NCBI GenBank assembly: GCA_964035545.1
Contig: OZ037771.1
Location: 14,507,133 to 14,571,132, forward strand
Origin: Bugula neritina
Lineage: Eukaryota; Animalia; Bryozoa
Direction of reading: 5' to 3'
Length of the DNA stretch: 64,000 nt
Shown here in pieces: positions 35,801-49,000 of the stretch (positions are counted from its first letter, which is position 1; every line of letters begins with the position of its first letter). The notes below the pieces were generated by a model. It was given only the letters and a program-made list of their open reading frames with translations. It was not told the origin of the DNA and searched no databases. The translations under genes and the position numbers were made by a program.

Positions 35801-38665
35801 ATACAGGTATAACTGTGACAGGTAGTTACAGGTTATATTGAGTGATGAGCTACAGTTATAACTGTGACAGATAGCGACATGTGATGACTTTATGCTGTCA
35901 AGTTAGACCAAGCTAACAATGCAGTGAGTCACGAGCCAACATAATATTAATAGACAAAGACTAAGAGTTGAGAGAATAACTAAGGAGAGACACAACGCAG
36001 CAGAACAAGAAATATTAGCTCTCTGGTTTACTCCGACGGGACTCACGTTGATGGAGTGAACCAGCATGGGGCGGATGAGGTAGAAGGCGGCATCGCTGGG
36101 GATGTGGTACTCCGACAGCATGACATCAAGCGTCGGCAGCTTTTTGTGGAGTTCGTCTATGGTCAGCGCAGACGACAGAAATGTGGAAAACTGGACAAAC
36201 GTATCCTGACACTGCAACAAAGGAGACAATTTCTATGTATCACAATAATAATGACTATCACGTGTTTGCTAATAAATAACGTGTTTATATTTACTCTTGT
36301 GATGTCAGCTTTTGATTCATCATTATTTGCAATGTTAGGCTGTCTTTCCTTATGCTAGTGAATCAGTTATGTTTATTAGAGTAGTTGCATCATTGTCACA
36401 GTTTGATAGAACCAGTGCTCTCCTGGACAAGCTGATGTCAATATATGTCGTACAGTTAAAATAATGAAGTATTATAACTATCAGATGAAGTTACTGTTAT
36501 ATATATAAATTCCAATGACCAGTATGAACAAGCTGAGAATCAAGTAGATGCGTCTAGAAGAGCTACCAACACACTTTGTTAACACATCAAGAGACCAACA
36601 GCTGAGAATATTCTGGAAGAAAGCAGCTAACTTGAGCCGAGAAATACTCAGCTGTAGCAGCTACAGGAAGTCAACGCCAGAGAACCAAACACACATTTAG
36701 ACTGAGAGTCATACCTGGTCGAAGATCTTGCCGACGAGTTTGATGTGCTCCACGTTCACCGTCTCCTTGTAGACGATGCAGTCACGCTGCTGCGCCATCA
36801 GCGCTGCCAGGGGCGCGGTGAGGTCGTGCTTCAGAATTGTGTCCTTGAGACGCTGAGAGGGTTTCTTGACATTGCGTGTCTGTAGGAAGTTACCTCCCTG
36901 CAGTAGAGAAGGAACTTGGTGAAAGAATATGTAGATTTTAAGACGAGATGCAACACCAGAGAAGGACAGCTACTTCATCAGATATTGCTGAAGAATAACA
37001 CAACTTATACAAGAGACTAGCAGCGGTCTAGTGGGTAACGCAGTGGCTTAGTAAACATGAGGTCAGTGGGTCGAACTCGGTAAAGGTAACGCTAGGAAAA
37101 GCATTCAGTCATAATTGCTCCTGTTTCACATATGACTAAGTCTTTAACCTGCTTTAAAAAAAGCCCTTTCAGCAGGGGTTCTCACAGGGATAGTGACGAT
37201 AAAGTATAAACCAACGTGAGCACTAAGGGCTCATATACATAAATGTATAAAACATGTACACTTTCCACACTACACAGTGAATTACAGTACGTCTGCAGTA
37301 TACCTCTTGTCTGAGGAACTCTCCACCACACATAGCCTCCAGATGCTGTTCAGTGATCTCTTCGGACACCTCTATACCCCCCATCTTGGTCAGCATCTCC
37401 CTCAGGATCAGCAGGTCGAAGCTCTTCTCACACTTGAGCTGGTTGCAGATGTACTGCAGGAGTCCGGCGAACTCCACCTGGTACTTCTTCAGCGCCAGCG
37501 CAGCAAAACTGGCTAAACTCTTCAGCCAAGTGGAGAGGTTCGTGTCGTCGTACTTCATCTTCTCCTATTCAATGTGACGTACATTTATACATTGTATGAC
37601 TTACCTACGTTATATGACTTACATACGTTGTATGACTTACTTACATACATTACATGACTTACATACAATAGCAGAATAATGGCGTTACTGAGTGTGCACT
37701 CAATAGAAGTAGAAGGATACTTTTCACCACACAAGATACTTTTACTGAAAACTTGGTAGAGAAATTTACTTGTCTGTGTATACATACTTGACTTTTAAAC
37801 TAGTCAGCCAATCAGAACAAGTCTGACTATCCAGATGCAACCAATCAGAGTGACTAACTGTATTCATGTGTTCAAAACAAACATCTACATGCAATGATGA
37901 TGTACAGGAAGTGATGACACAACGCCGTACCTTGTCAGGAGCTGCCAGTGACTCTATTAGACAGTAGACGAGGACGTCAAAGCTGAGGGAGCTGAGATAC
38001 TTCAGGGAGTCGACAATTGGACCAATCAGGTTGTCGTAGACCTGCACCTGCGTGAACATCTACAGCAGAACATATTAGTACTAGCTACTCACTGTGACTC
38101 AGCACTAACTACTCACTGTGACTCAGTACTAACTACTCACTGTGACTCAGTACTAAGTACTCACCGTGACTCAGTACTAACTACTCACTGTGACTCAGTA
38201 CTAACTACTCAGTGTGAGTCAGTACTAATGACTAAGTATGACTCGGTACTAATGACTACTTGAGTACTGGAACTAACTACAAACTATTGACACGAGATCC
38301 AGTAGAACATATCAACAGAGAGTAAACACTCACATATTCAAAGAAGACGGTAGGGTTTGCGTGGCTCAGTTTGCCAATCATTCTGCCCTGCTGCTTCACA
38401 TTGTCCTTGGTGAGTCGACTGAAGATGTATTTAGCCTTCTTCAGGGTGTTGATTCTAGCAGCTATGAGCTCAGGCTGAGTGTAGTACGACTGAGACTTCC
38501 ACTGGCCGTACAGCTGGTACCTACAGTGACATAGTAATAGTAGCAGTAGTAGTACTGGTAGTAGTGGTAGTAGTAGTAGTAGTAGTAGTGGTAGTGGTAG
38601 TAGTAGTAGTAATAGTAGTAGTACTAGTAGTAGTAGTATTAGTATTAGTAGTAGTAGTAGTAGTG

Positions 38666-38749
<84 letters not shown>

Positions 38750-38750
38750 C

Positions 38751-38794
<44 letters not shown>

Positions 38795-38795
38795 C

Positions 38796-38840
<45 letters not shown>

Positions 38841-39026
38841 CAGTAGTAGTAGTAGTAGTAGTAGTAATAGTAGTAGTAGTAGTAATAGTAGTAGTAGTAG
38901 TAATAGTAGTAGGAGAAGTAGTAGTAGTAGTAGTACTAGTAGTAGGAGAAGTAGTAGTAGTAGTAGTACTAGTAGTAGGAGAAGTAGTAGTAGTAGTAGT
39001 ACTAGTAGTAGGAGAAGTAGTAGTAA

Positions 39027-39074
<48 letters not shown>

Positions 39075-42000
39075 CAGTAGACACAGCCTTAGCTGTATAC
39101 CTGAGGGTGTAGGGGAGGAGCTGTAGAATGCCCCACAGTTGCTCAGCCAAGCAGCAGTTGGCCTCAGCTAAACACAGACTGGGCAGCAGCACTTCGTCCA
39201 GAACAGACAGACAGTGTCTGTAAATGAGGTCGCTGTCGAGTTCCCGATACTCGCCACTGGATCTCTGGAATAGAGCAGCGAATGCAGCGTAAGGGGCAGC
39301 AGCTTACAGTTATTATAAAAAAAAACTGAACAACACTTTACAGCCAGCACCAGTCAATACAGAGTGGCACCAATCACATAGAATTACAGGAAAAGGAAAA
39401 TGATCTGATTGGGATTGTTTTGTGACAATACTTGATCTATATTTAATCATAGTCTGAGAGACAGTGACATAGTCTGAGAGACCAACTCTCACCTGTATGA
39501 TGAATGACTTGACTAGTCGAAGTATTTTGGTGACGAGGGATGCGTCACACAGCAGATGACAGCCGAGGTAGCGCAGCATTGGGAAGGCCAAGGTCGTGAG
39601 GTCAGCAAACGTCTGAGCCTGTGACATGGAGTTGCTGTCGTATGGGCTGACGAAGGGGGGACATTTGAACAGCTCAGCCGGCAGTCCATGATGCCTGCAG
39701 AAGGTATAGCAGTGGAATATACAGTCTAGATGACAGAGGGGTCATTGGTGATGTTAGGAAGAACCTTCAGTCATAATTGGTTCTGTGCCCCATCTGAATA
39801 AGTCCTTAGCCCACTTTCTCACAGGTTCTCACAGGGTAAGTGACTATAAACTTGCATGAGTTTATAACAGAGGGTTGAATCTGAAGATCAGAGTGAAATA
39901 CCTGCTCACTTGTACAAAGACTAAGAAATGATCATAGAATGCATCACAGGCCACATCTAACACTACATTTGAGGCTGTCCAGTAGAGTCACCAAAATTAA
40001 CACGTATACACATAGACTTCTACTAGTAAATAAAATATCAGTTAAATTCTGAACAGACAGATGTGTCCCACCAGCCAGTGTATTCACCACAACCGTATCT
40101 TACCTCCGGTACACGGGATCCACGACGTAGTGTATCAGCTTACACATGACCTTAGCCACAGGACCATGGGACGTGACGTGATACTGCGGGAGTCTGTCCA
40201 ACACCTCCTTAGCCTGTTTCCACGCCCCCTGCTTTAGCAGAGCTTCAGTCAAATACAGCTTATCGTTCTCCTCTGCCTACAACCACAGAGCACACGTATG
40301 TCTCAACCCAACAGCCCGCAAGGTCAAAGTTGGGAGTCGTCACACTAATGAGATAGCCTGAGTTCCTCCTACCTGTGCCTCTGCAGTGGAGGGGTCGGTC
40401 TGCTCCTCCCCGTCTTCCTTTTTATCACCAGTGTGCACGGCTCGGGTCTTCTTCACACTCAGTCTAGCATCACTTAAAGTCTTCTTGTACTTCTCCTTGA
40501 TCACCGCATCACTCGGCAGTAACTGTAGTCAACACAATGTCATTAACTAGTCATGTGACATGTATAAGAGTAGGTAAGCGGTCATGTGACTTTTATAAGA
40601 GAAAATAAGGGGTCATGTGACTTGTACAAGAGTAGGAGGTCATGTGACTTGTTTAAGAGGAAATAGGAGGTCATGTGACTTGTGTAAGAGAAGAAGGACT
40701 CACGTGAGGATAAATTCCGTCCAGGGTTACGACCCCATGTTTCATGAGAATGGCAATAACGTGGAAGATGTTTTCATCGTGAGACTTTGATTCTACAGCT
40801 CTGAGACGATTCTTCAGATGGAAGCCCAGCATCTACAGGATACAGTTTATGTGAGTTCATAGAATACAGCGCGTGTCGGTCAGGTAGTGAAACTGTAGTT
40901 CCATCTTGTGGTTAGAAATATATTTTATCAATTAGAGCTGATAAACTGAGTAGAAAATAATTTGCACTTACATTTCAGTCATACTTATCGAGTGGTAACC
41001 TAGAGCATAGACTGTGGTGGAAACAACCATGTCGAGTTTTACAACTCAAAATCTAATATCTACTTTTACCAGTGCGGAGTTCAGTTTAAAAATACATGTC
41101 ACATTAGATAGGAACATGACTCGGTAAACTCAAGCTAATACAAGTCATGCTCAAGTATTAGTAATCACCAACCTGGCAAACAGAGTCGTACTCGGGCATA
41201 TACTGAGTGATCAGTGGCACGTAGAGTTCCTCTCCCAAGTCTAGTCTAGTCTGGAACACCTGCAGCACTACGTCCAGCACTCTGTTAGGGTCAAGGTTGA
41301 AACAGCCTACAACGGAGCAAGTGTGTACAGAATAGCAAGTTTTAAAAATGTTATTATTGGAATAGGTAACCTTGTGCCGACTAAACCATATAAATTCAAA
41401 TATATTAGTGTACTAAATGCAACGGCATATATTTTAATGCACTAAATACAATGGCATATAATTCAATGCACTGAACCGACCAATGAGAGACTTGATATTC
41501 TTCAGTGTGTCCTCCACACTGAGCAGTGCAGACGGATCTGGAGAGAGTTCTGTGATCAGCTTGGAGTAACCTTCACTCTCCTCTCTTAGAAGGTTGAACT
41601 TCTGCTGCTTGTAACTATGGTTACACAAATTACCCAATCAAATGTCAAAAATCTAACGAGTCTTTTTTCAGAATATGGAACAGCGTGACACACATAACAA
41701 CTTAGGAATTCACTGATGTAGTGGTAATACACGGCTACCAGTTCAGATGGAATAAAACGATAACTGAATACAAAAACTCAACACAATGTGTGGGAAACGC
41801 AAACATTGTGGTGCAACAACCAATCAGAAGGGTTGTAACATTCAGTGAGTTATGAAAACAGTATTTAATGCTTAATTAATTATACCATGTACAAACAGAG
41901 CTAACGCTAAAACCACATAGCCTTACATTATTACAACTTTTATTCAATTTTATTCATGAATTTTAGGAGTAGTTTGATAAAATATAAAAGTAACTGTAAA

Positions 42001-44647
42001 AATATGAATAACTTCAACAAAATACTTACTAAATTTTAGTTTTGATTTTAATATATTTCTTATTGAAGTCATCGGCTTTGATCAGAAGTCCCACCTGCTC
42101 GAGAGTGTCAGAGTCGAGTTGTTCCTTCAGCACTGACGGTGGCATTATGCTCTACAAGGTATGTTATCAGTTGCCTGAATCACCTTATTTTGAGTATTCT
42201 ACTTTGAATACACCTTATTCTGATTATTCTACTTTAAATACACCTTATTCTGATTATTTTACTTTGAATACACCTTATTCTGATTATTTTACTTTGAATA
42301 CACCTTATTCTGATTATTCTACTTTGAATACACCTTATTCTGATTATTTTACTTTGAATACACCTTATTCTGATTATTCTACTTTGAATACACCTTATTC
42401 TGATTATTCTACTTTGAATACACCTTATTCTGATTATTCTACTTTGAATACACTTTATTCTGATTATTCTACTTTGAATACACCTTATTCTGATTATTCT
42501 ACTTAGAATACACCTTATTCTGAGTATTCTACTTTAAATACACAATTTTTATTTACCAAATTGTTCAAAACCGGACATGAGGTTTAAAAATGTGAATTAA
42601 GACCTAAATAACTTTCCCATACCTTTAAATCTTTAAGAAGCTGCAGGAAATTGCTTCTCTGAGATGATTCTTGGTCGATCTTGGTCTCAGCATCTGAAAT
42701 CACATTACATGAATACCCAAGTCTCACACTCCCCTAACTACCTGGACAGAACCTAAACTACGCATCCAATGAGCTAAGGCTTCCTTCAACCACACGACTC
42801 CATCATGACCTTTCCCATGACCTTGCCATAAGCTGAGATGTTGCATATTCGGGAAAAAAAACAGTAGACGATCTTCTCCATAGAATATTCTTTCGTGAAA
42901 TTTACCCAAGCATGAAAAAAGCAAAAGATCTTCTCCATAGACAGCTTTTGCATTAAAACTACTCAAACTTTTTTCAACATCTAATATTCTCATTGAAGAG
43001 ATGTATGCAGAAATAAAACTAACATGGAATTGTCCAAGTATGAAAAGCGCCTACACAAAAAATCATGGCCATCTTTTACAAAATGCCTTGAAGATTAGAA
43101 AAAAAATATGTTTCAAAATATAGATAGAGTCCCGTAAGATTGGCAAACTAATTATTTATTGTCCCAGCTTCAGTACACAGCAGATTGAATAGCTTGCTTC
43201 CCACTAAGCCAGCTCACAGCCCAAGTCATAACAGGAAAACCCGACCATCTATTCCACGCGCCAAGAAAAAAAGGGATCAAAACATCCGATGCTGCATGAT
43301 GATGGAATGAACAAGCAGAGCACTACGTCTTCCACTTAGAGAGATAATCTTAGTGAGATATTCATTTACCAACAATACAGGCCACCGAGACAAGCTCCAA
43401 ATGTGATTTTGCATCTGTCTTCTACAACAAAAACAATTAATTTGCTGTAGCCAATACAATGACTGGTTAATACTAAGCCATTTCTTCAGCGATAAAAGGC
43501 AACTCAAGAAGGAATGGTAACTTACGAATAGATCTTTAAGTAACGAAATGACTTGATGAGACTTGAGAGATCCTTTGACTTGACTCTGCAGGAGTTCATA
43601 GAGCAGCCTGTCTAGAGTCTTAGCACTGTTGGTAGTTGACCCAGTGGCTCCTTTACTCAACGCCACATATTCATCAATACTGCCCAGAAAATAAATATAA
43701 TCTTCAGTTCAAGACTTAAAGTATAGTTTGGAATTTCATGTAAGAGGAAATGATATGTAGAGTGGCAACATGAACGGCACAGGCTGAGATGAAATTTTAT
43801 TTTATTTCACCTGCTTTAGTCACTGCAAAGAGAAAGAGTACAATTGCAATTTCAAGTTAGAGTAACAACAATAATCATTACAAGTACTCTAGATTTTACA
43901 ATAGCAGCTACTAGTAGTATTACTATTAGAATGCAACAGCATAAACACCAGTAACTATAAGATCACTATTGAATTAAATATAAAACATTAATCAAATATC
44001 AAAATTGGCGTTTTCATTAATATAATAATAATTAATTAAGTATAATTATAATCATAATGGCAATGAAGAAATTGTTATGGGACATCAAATTATATAGTTA
44101 ATGTTATACCAATCATTCTAAAACTAATGCCTATTGTGATACTGATTGTCTAAGGCCAAGCCTAAGGCCAATGCCCAATGACAATGGCCAATCACGATGA
44201 CAAGAGCTATAGTGATAGGAAATATCAATATGAATACGACAATCACAATGACAATGTCAATAATCAATAACGTAGCTATAAAATAATAATAATCACAATA
44301 AATATAATATTGAATTTAGTTATAATCATAATGATTAAGTGATTATCATAATGATAATGTATTATATAAAATTGAATCTCATTATCTGTGTCACTATGCC
44401 CACCACTATCAACCTTAAGATTATTGGTTTCACTCTCACTCTGTCAATTTTGAAATTTAAGAGTAAGAGTGGGAAAACTAAAAGACAAAAGTGAAACTGA
44501 AAATTTAACTTAAACCCAAAGTTAAACTTGACTCTTGAGTCTGATTATTTTAATTATGATCAAATACTTGTTAAGGTCTTACATCTTTTGTTTGCCTGAC
44601 TTTTCCCATGTTTTGCACACGTCCGCAGACATCCAAAAAGTTGTCAT
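29812..44647 (-). CDS. THOC2: THO complex subunit 2 (TREX mRNA export)
   Basis: About 32 GT-AG exons on minus: 44647-44583, 43679-43526, 43421-43370, 42693-42623, 42151-42030, 41614-41481, 41306-41173, 40832-40704, 40522-40373, 40276-40104, 39694-39493, 39264-39101, 38520-38334, 38059-37931, 37564-37304, 36897-36715, 36211-36047, 35668-35499, 35295-35163, 34532(?)-34368, 33903-33749, 33330-33202, 32739-32545, 32425-32240, 32141-32096, 31661-31486, 31311-31201, 31087-30990, 30871-30733, 30499-30422, 30254-30129, 29877-29812. Motifs [58 protein letters not shown]; K/E/S-rich tail. Confidence 0.96.
31705..32056. repeat. 25-bp minisatellite GTTGCTAGGTAACACAGTGGGAGAT x14
   Basis: GTTGCTAGGTAAC at 31719 and every 25 bp to 32019 (13 perfect copies), plus a variant at 32044; in a THOC2 intron. 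Confidence 0.97.
34657..35100. repeat. 20-bp minisatellite ACATTACATCATATACTGAC, ~22 copies
   Basis: Directly visible in a THOC2 intron. A second 20-bp array (TACATACAATATACTTCAAT) lies at ~34125-34275. Confidence 0.95.
37021..37220 (+). mobile_element. Diverged copy of the same tRNA-derived SINE
   Basis: Shares TAGTAAAC, CAGTCATAATTGCTCCTGT and TTCTCACAGGGATAGTGAC with 10189-10400; no clear TSD. Confidence 0.85.
38533..39078. repeat. (TAG)n microsatellite filling almost an entire THOC2 intron
   Basis: Directly visible; source of the spurious poly-T/poly-V ORFs. Confidence 0.98.
39741..39862 (+). mobile_element. 5'-truncated copy of the SINE with probable 8-bp TSD
   Basis: CATTGGTGATGTTAGGAAGA...AATAAGTCCTTAGCCC...GTGACTATAA matches the 3' half of 10189-10400. 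ACAGAGGG at 39733-39740 and 39867-39874. Confidence 0.85.
42178..42543. repeat. 30-bp minisatellite CACCTTATTCTGATTATTCTACTTTGAATA x12
   Basis: Directly visible in THOC2 intron 4; explains the repetitive 154-aa ORF. Confidence 0.97.
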
Positions 44648-46031
44648 TTTGGACAGAATCCTCCACAACAATATTGATAATATAAATATTAATATTGCAA
44701 ATTAACTTTTCCAGGGTGAGCGTATGTCCTTGACAATGAAAAGCTACTACGGAAATTGTTTGGTGCCGTTAATAATACCGCTTATAAAGAAACACGATAA
44801 AAAGGGTGTGTTGCAAAAAAAATTTAACTTGTCTAAAAAAAATTTTGTTTTTAATTTTTTTTTTAGGGAAGTATGTTTTAGATTGCATCTGTGCTTGCTT
44901 TCAATTTTTCCTGTACTTTAACCAACAACGACTCTAGTTAATTTCGCTCTAAAATTTAATGCTATAGTTTCCGTCACACACATGAGTTCCACAAACTTAA
45001 AATAAATTGTTATTATAGTTATACATTATGAGTTATGATTATTTGATTATAATTATATCATTATGATTATGGCCGTACTTTATCTCAAGACTAGTTCTTA
45101 TACTTGTAGTTTTTTTTGCAGCGATAGTTCATTTATATTAGATGATTATAAATATATTATAACTTACAAGCATTACACTTACAGTTACTAACACTAACAC
45201 TAACAGTGAGTTACTGTTGGTGTTTAGTGTTGCACTTTTACTTTAACTAATAACTTACACTTTCACTTTGACTTAGTCTTACAGCTATGCTCAATCACAA
45301 TGTGAATGAGATACTCACAGTATAAAAATCAGTATTACTGTTGCTATTAGATTTAGTATTAGTAATACAGATACTAATACTGTAAGTAAGTGTAAGTGAA
45401 TTAGTAATACTAATTATATTAACTTGTATTTTTACAGTTTACCTAGTATTTTACTATTTATAATTTTATTATTTTCCAGCATCACCATTTATAATGATTT
45501 TAGTAATAGTAATTATTATCAACTTTAGGTAATGTCAGCCACGCCACTACCATAATGATAATGATCATACTAACTAATAGAGTAATACGCCTAATCTTAT
45601 GCTATTGCCTATTGGATTTGGTATTAAAGTATTACGATTTGGATTTACAATTGCTGTTTATTGGTATTAAGTGTAAGTGTAAGCTATGAACATTTAGACT
45701 GTTTTTGATGATAGTTGATACATGGTAATGTTGAATTTGAAGATTCAAATCAAAACCAATTTTATATTTAAATCAATACAGATGTTGAAATACATAGTAT
45801 TTTATTTTTATTATTTAAAGCCAGCCTGCATATTTTCCCGGAAACATAAATAAAAGGGAGTGTTTTCTTTGCAGTATGTCCATCTCGTTGATGAAAGATA
45901 TACTTTGAACTATTTATTCTGACTTGTTTTTTAATAACTAGTAACGCTTTTATGTTATGCTTATTATTTTTGGCAGCTAACTTTGCATGTACATTGCTCT
46001 AATTCATACTTATGCATGTTTTTCAGTCATC

Positions 46032-49000
46032 ATGTTGAAATCAAAAGTATTCGTAAAAAAGACAAAGCGAGGCGGTATTTTGAAAATTGTGAGAGAACAT
46101 TACTTGAGAGATGACATTCTGTGCGGCCTGGAGAGTTGTGAGCTGTGTTACAAGAGGAAGGGAGCTGAAGATCCAATGGAGATTTGTAGCGGAGACCACG
46201 AGTCTCGCGACGTTAGACCTTTGAGTCAACAGACGAATATTTGTCTGTCTGACCAGCTGTCCGTTACTTTCGATGGAAAACAGGAAACGCACGTACTAAT
46301 TCCCGACACAAATGTGGTTCTGCATCAGGTAGCTATGTGAATAATCTGAATCCGGTGTTAAGGCCATGAAGCAGATTGAACAAATATGGAAGTCTGCAAA
46401 GATTTCGATTGCAGCTCTGTAAATAGATTTTTTATTTGCAGTAAATGCAATTGTTGAATATATTTTATGTGGAGTTTCTCTGATTTGTATTTACTGAAGT
46501 TTAAGAATAAAAGCAACTTTTATAGCGCTAGAATTTATAAAAAGTAACACCTGTGAGACCTGTCAGGCATGATATACTGCTTATCCCACCTATTAGGTAA
46601 CTCTACTAATTACGTTGTAGGTATACTGTTACATTATAGGTATATAATATATAATATGGCATTGTAGGTATATATACCATTACATTATAGGTTTACTATT
46701 ACATTGTAGGTTTACTATTACATTGTAGGTATATATACTATTACATTGTAGGTATATATACTATTACATTGTAGGTTTACTATTACATTGTAGGTATATA
46801 TACTATTACATTGTAGGTATATATACTATTACATTGTAGGTATATATACTATTACATTGTAGGTATATATACTATTACATTGTAGGTAGATGTACTATTA
46901 CATTGTAGGTAGATGTAATATTACATTGTAGGTAGATGTACTAGAGGATGACAGTATAAAGAATGTGGTTATCTTAGCTACTGTAGTTGAAGAGGTGCGA
47001 CACCAGTCACTCACTATATACAAGAGACTGAGGGACCTCATTGCTAATCCTGAGAAACATTTCTATGTTTTCATCAACGAGCACCACAAGTGAGTTGCGG
47101 CAGCAGTAGTCTGGCAGCAGTAATGAGTTCTGTCATAGCCAGTAGTAGCATGGTTGATATTGTAGTTTACTTATATACAGCATGCCAATGTGTTGCGGCT
47201 ATGTTTTCATATTGAATCTTGTAATTTAGGAGTCATTTAATAGTTTTATTAACTTTATGCAATTATTTTATGTCTTTTCAATCAATGTTTGAGAGAGTTG
47301 TTGCTGTTTAAGTTGTTCTGTTCCATATTTGCTACTCATGTCTACTGTGCATGGCATTGTTATTAATCTGTCAGTGAAACGTACGTGGAGAGAGTGCGGG
47401 GAGAAACAGCTAACGACAGAAATGATAGAGCAATCCGAGTAGCTAGTTACTGGTATTCTAGCCATCTAGCTGAACATGCTAATGTCAAGGTCGTGCTGCT
47501 GACGAATGACCGGGAGAATATGAAGCGTGCTCTTGTGAACACTGAGTCTAAGCTGTCTGTCTACACAGGTACTGTACATCACTGCCTACTAGTAGCACCA
47601 CTAGTAGCACTACTAGTAGTGCTACTAGTAGTGCTACTAGTAGGCAGAGTATATAGTATTACTAGTAGGTAGAGTATATAGTATTACTAGTAGGTAGAGT
47701 ATAGAGTACTACTAGTAGTGCTACTAGTAGTGCTACTAGTAGCACTACTAGTAGCACTACTAGTAGTACTCTATCTACTAGTAGTACTATATCTACTAGT
47801 AATACTATATACTCTATCTACTAGTAGTACTATATACTCTATCTACTAGTAGTACTATATACTCTACCTACTAGTAATACTATATACTCTGCCTACTAGT
47901 AGCACTACTAGAAGTACTATCACTACTAGTAGATATAGTACTACTAGTAGTACTATATCTACTAGTAGTCTTACTAGCAGTACTATCACTACTGATAGTA
48001 CTATCATTGTATCTACTAGTAGTACTATATACTCTACCTACTAGTAGTACTACCACTGTATCCACTAGTAGTACTATATACTCTATCTACTAGTAGTACT
48101 ATATACTCTATCTACTAGTAGTACTATCACTACTAATGCCCACTATAGCTTGTGGTTTATTTACCTCAATTTACAGTCAAGGAGTATTTATCTAAACTGA
48201 AAGGAACACACGATTTGCTGGACAAAGTGGCTAATCTAGAACACACTGAGAAGGTATGCCTTACAACTAATGTCGGGTCACCATGTAACCAGTGTGTTGT
48301 GTGTATGTGCTCAGTATGTAGTTATTATGTAATGTAGTTTGTGCGTAGTTGGTATGTAGTTAATGTGGAGTTAGTATGTAGTTACTATGTGGTTACAATA
48401 TAAATTCCGTGCATTGCATTAGCTGACGTTGCGAGAGAAGTTCGAATACCCGAGTCATGTGAGTCCAGCTGAGCTGAAGAGAGGGCTAACTTCTGGAAAG
48501 TTCTTGAAGGGTAGCTTTAGGGCCAGCAGGGACAACTATCTGGAAGGGGAGGTGTTGGCTGATGGACAGGACCAGCCCATCTTTATTCAGGGTAGGTTTT
48601 CATGTTAGTTCATTCGATGAGGGATTTCTCTACGGTATAATATTAGTACAAGTCGTGGAGTATATGTTTGGTAGTACAGTAGATATAATATTTATATTAA
48701 AAATAATATTTATATTAGATATAGTATTTGTATTAGATAGTAGATTTATATTAGATAGTGGAATGTAGGTTATTCAAATGTGAGTTGGGCATCTCATGAC
48801 AAAGAGCAAGGCGCCCATGTTGAATTTGGACGCTGAAATGTGATAATATAGTGAAAATTCTCGAAGTCAACAAAGTTATTGATGGTAATTTCTACTGGAC
48901 TAAAGAAGAGATGAGCACTGATGACATCACAGTCTCAAGGTTACAGCAAGTTGTAATATCACTGCCGTATGTTTCAGGACGGAATCACTTGAACAGAGCA

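Noticed and set aside
38521-39192. 223-aa Thr-rich mucin-like ORF and poly-Val ORF
   Set aside because: A THOC2 exon reading through into an intronic (TAG)n tract; splicing 39101 to 38520 gives the conserved protein.
42720-43340. More GC-balanced stretch in THOC2 intron 3 with an 89-aa ORF, possible transposon remnant
   Set aside because: No recognisable domain, terminal repeats or TSD.
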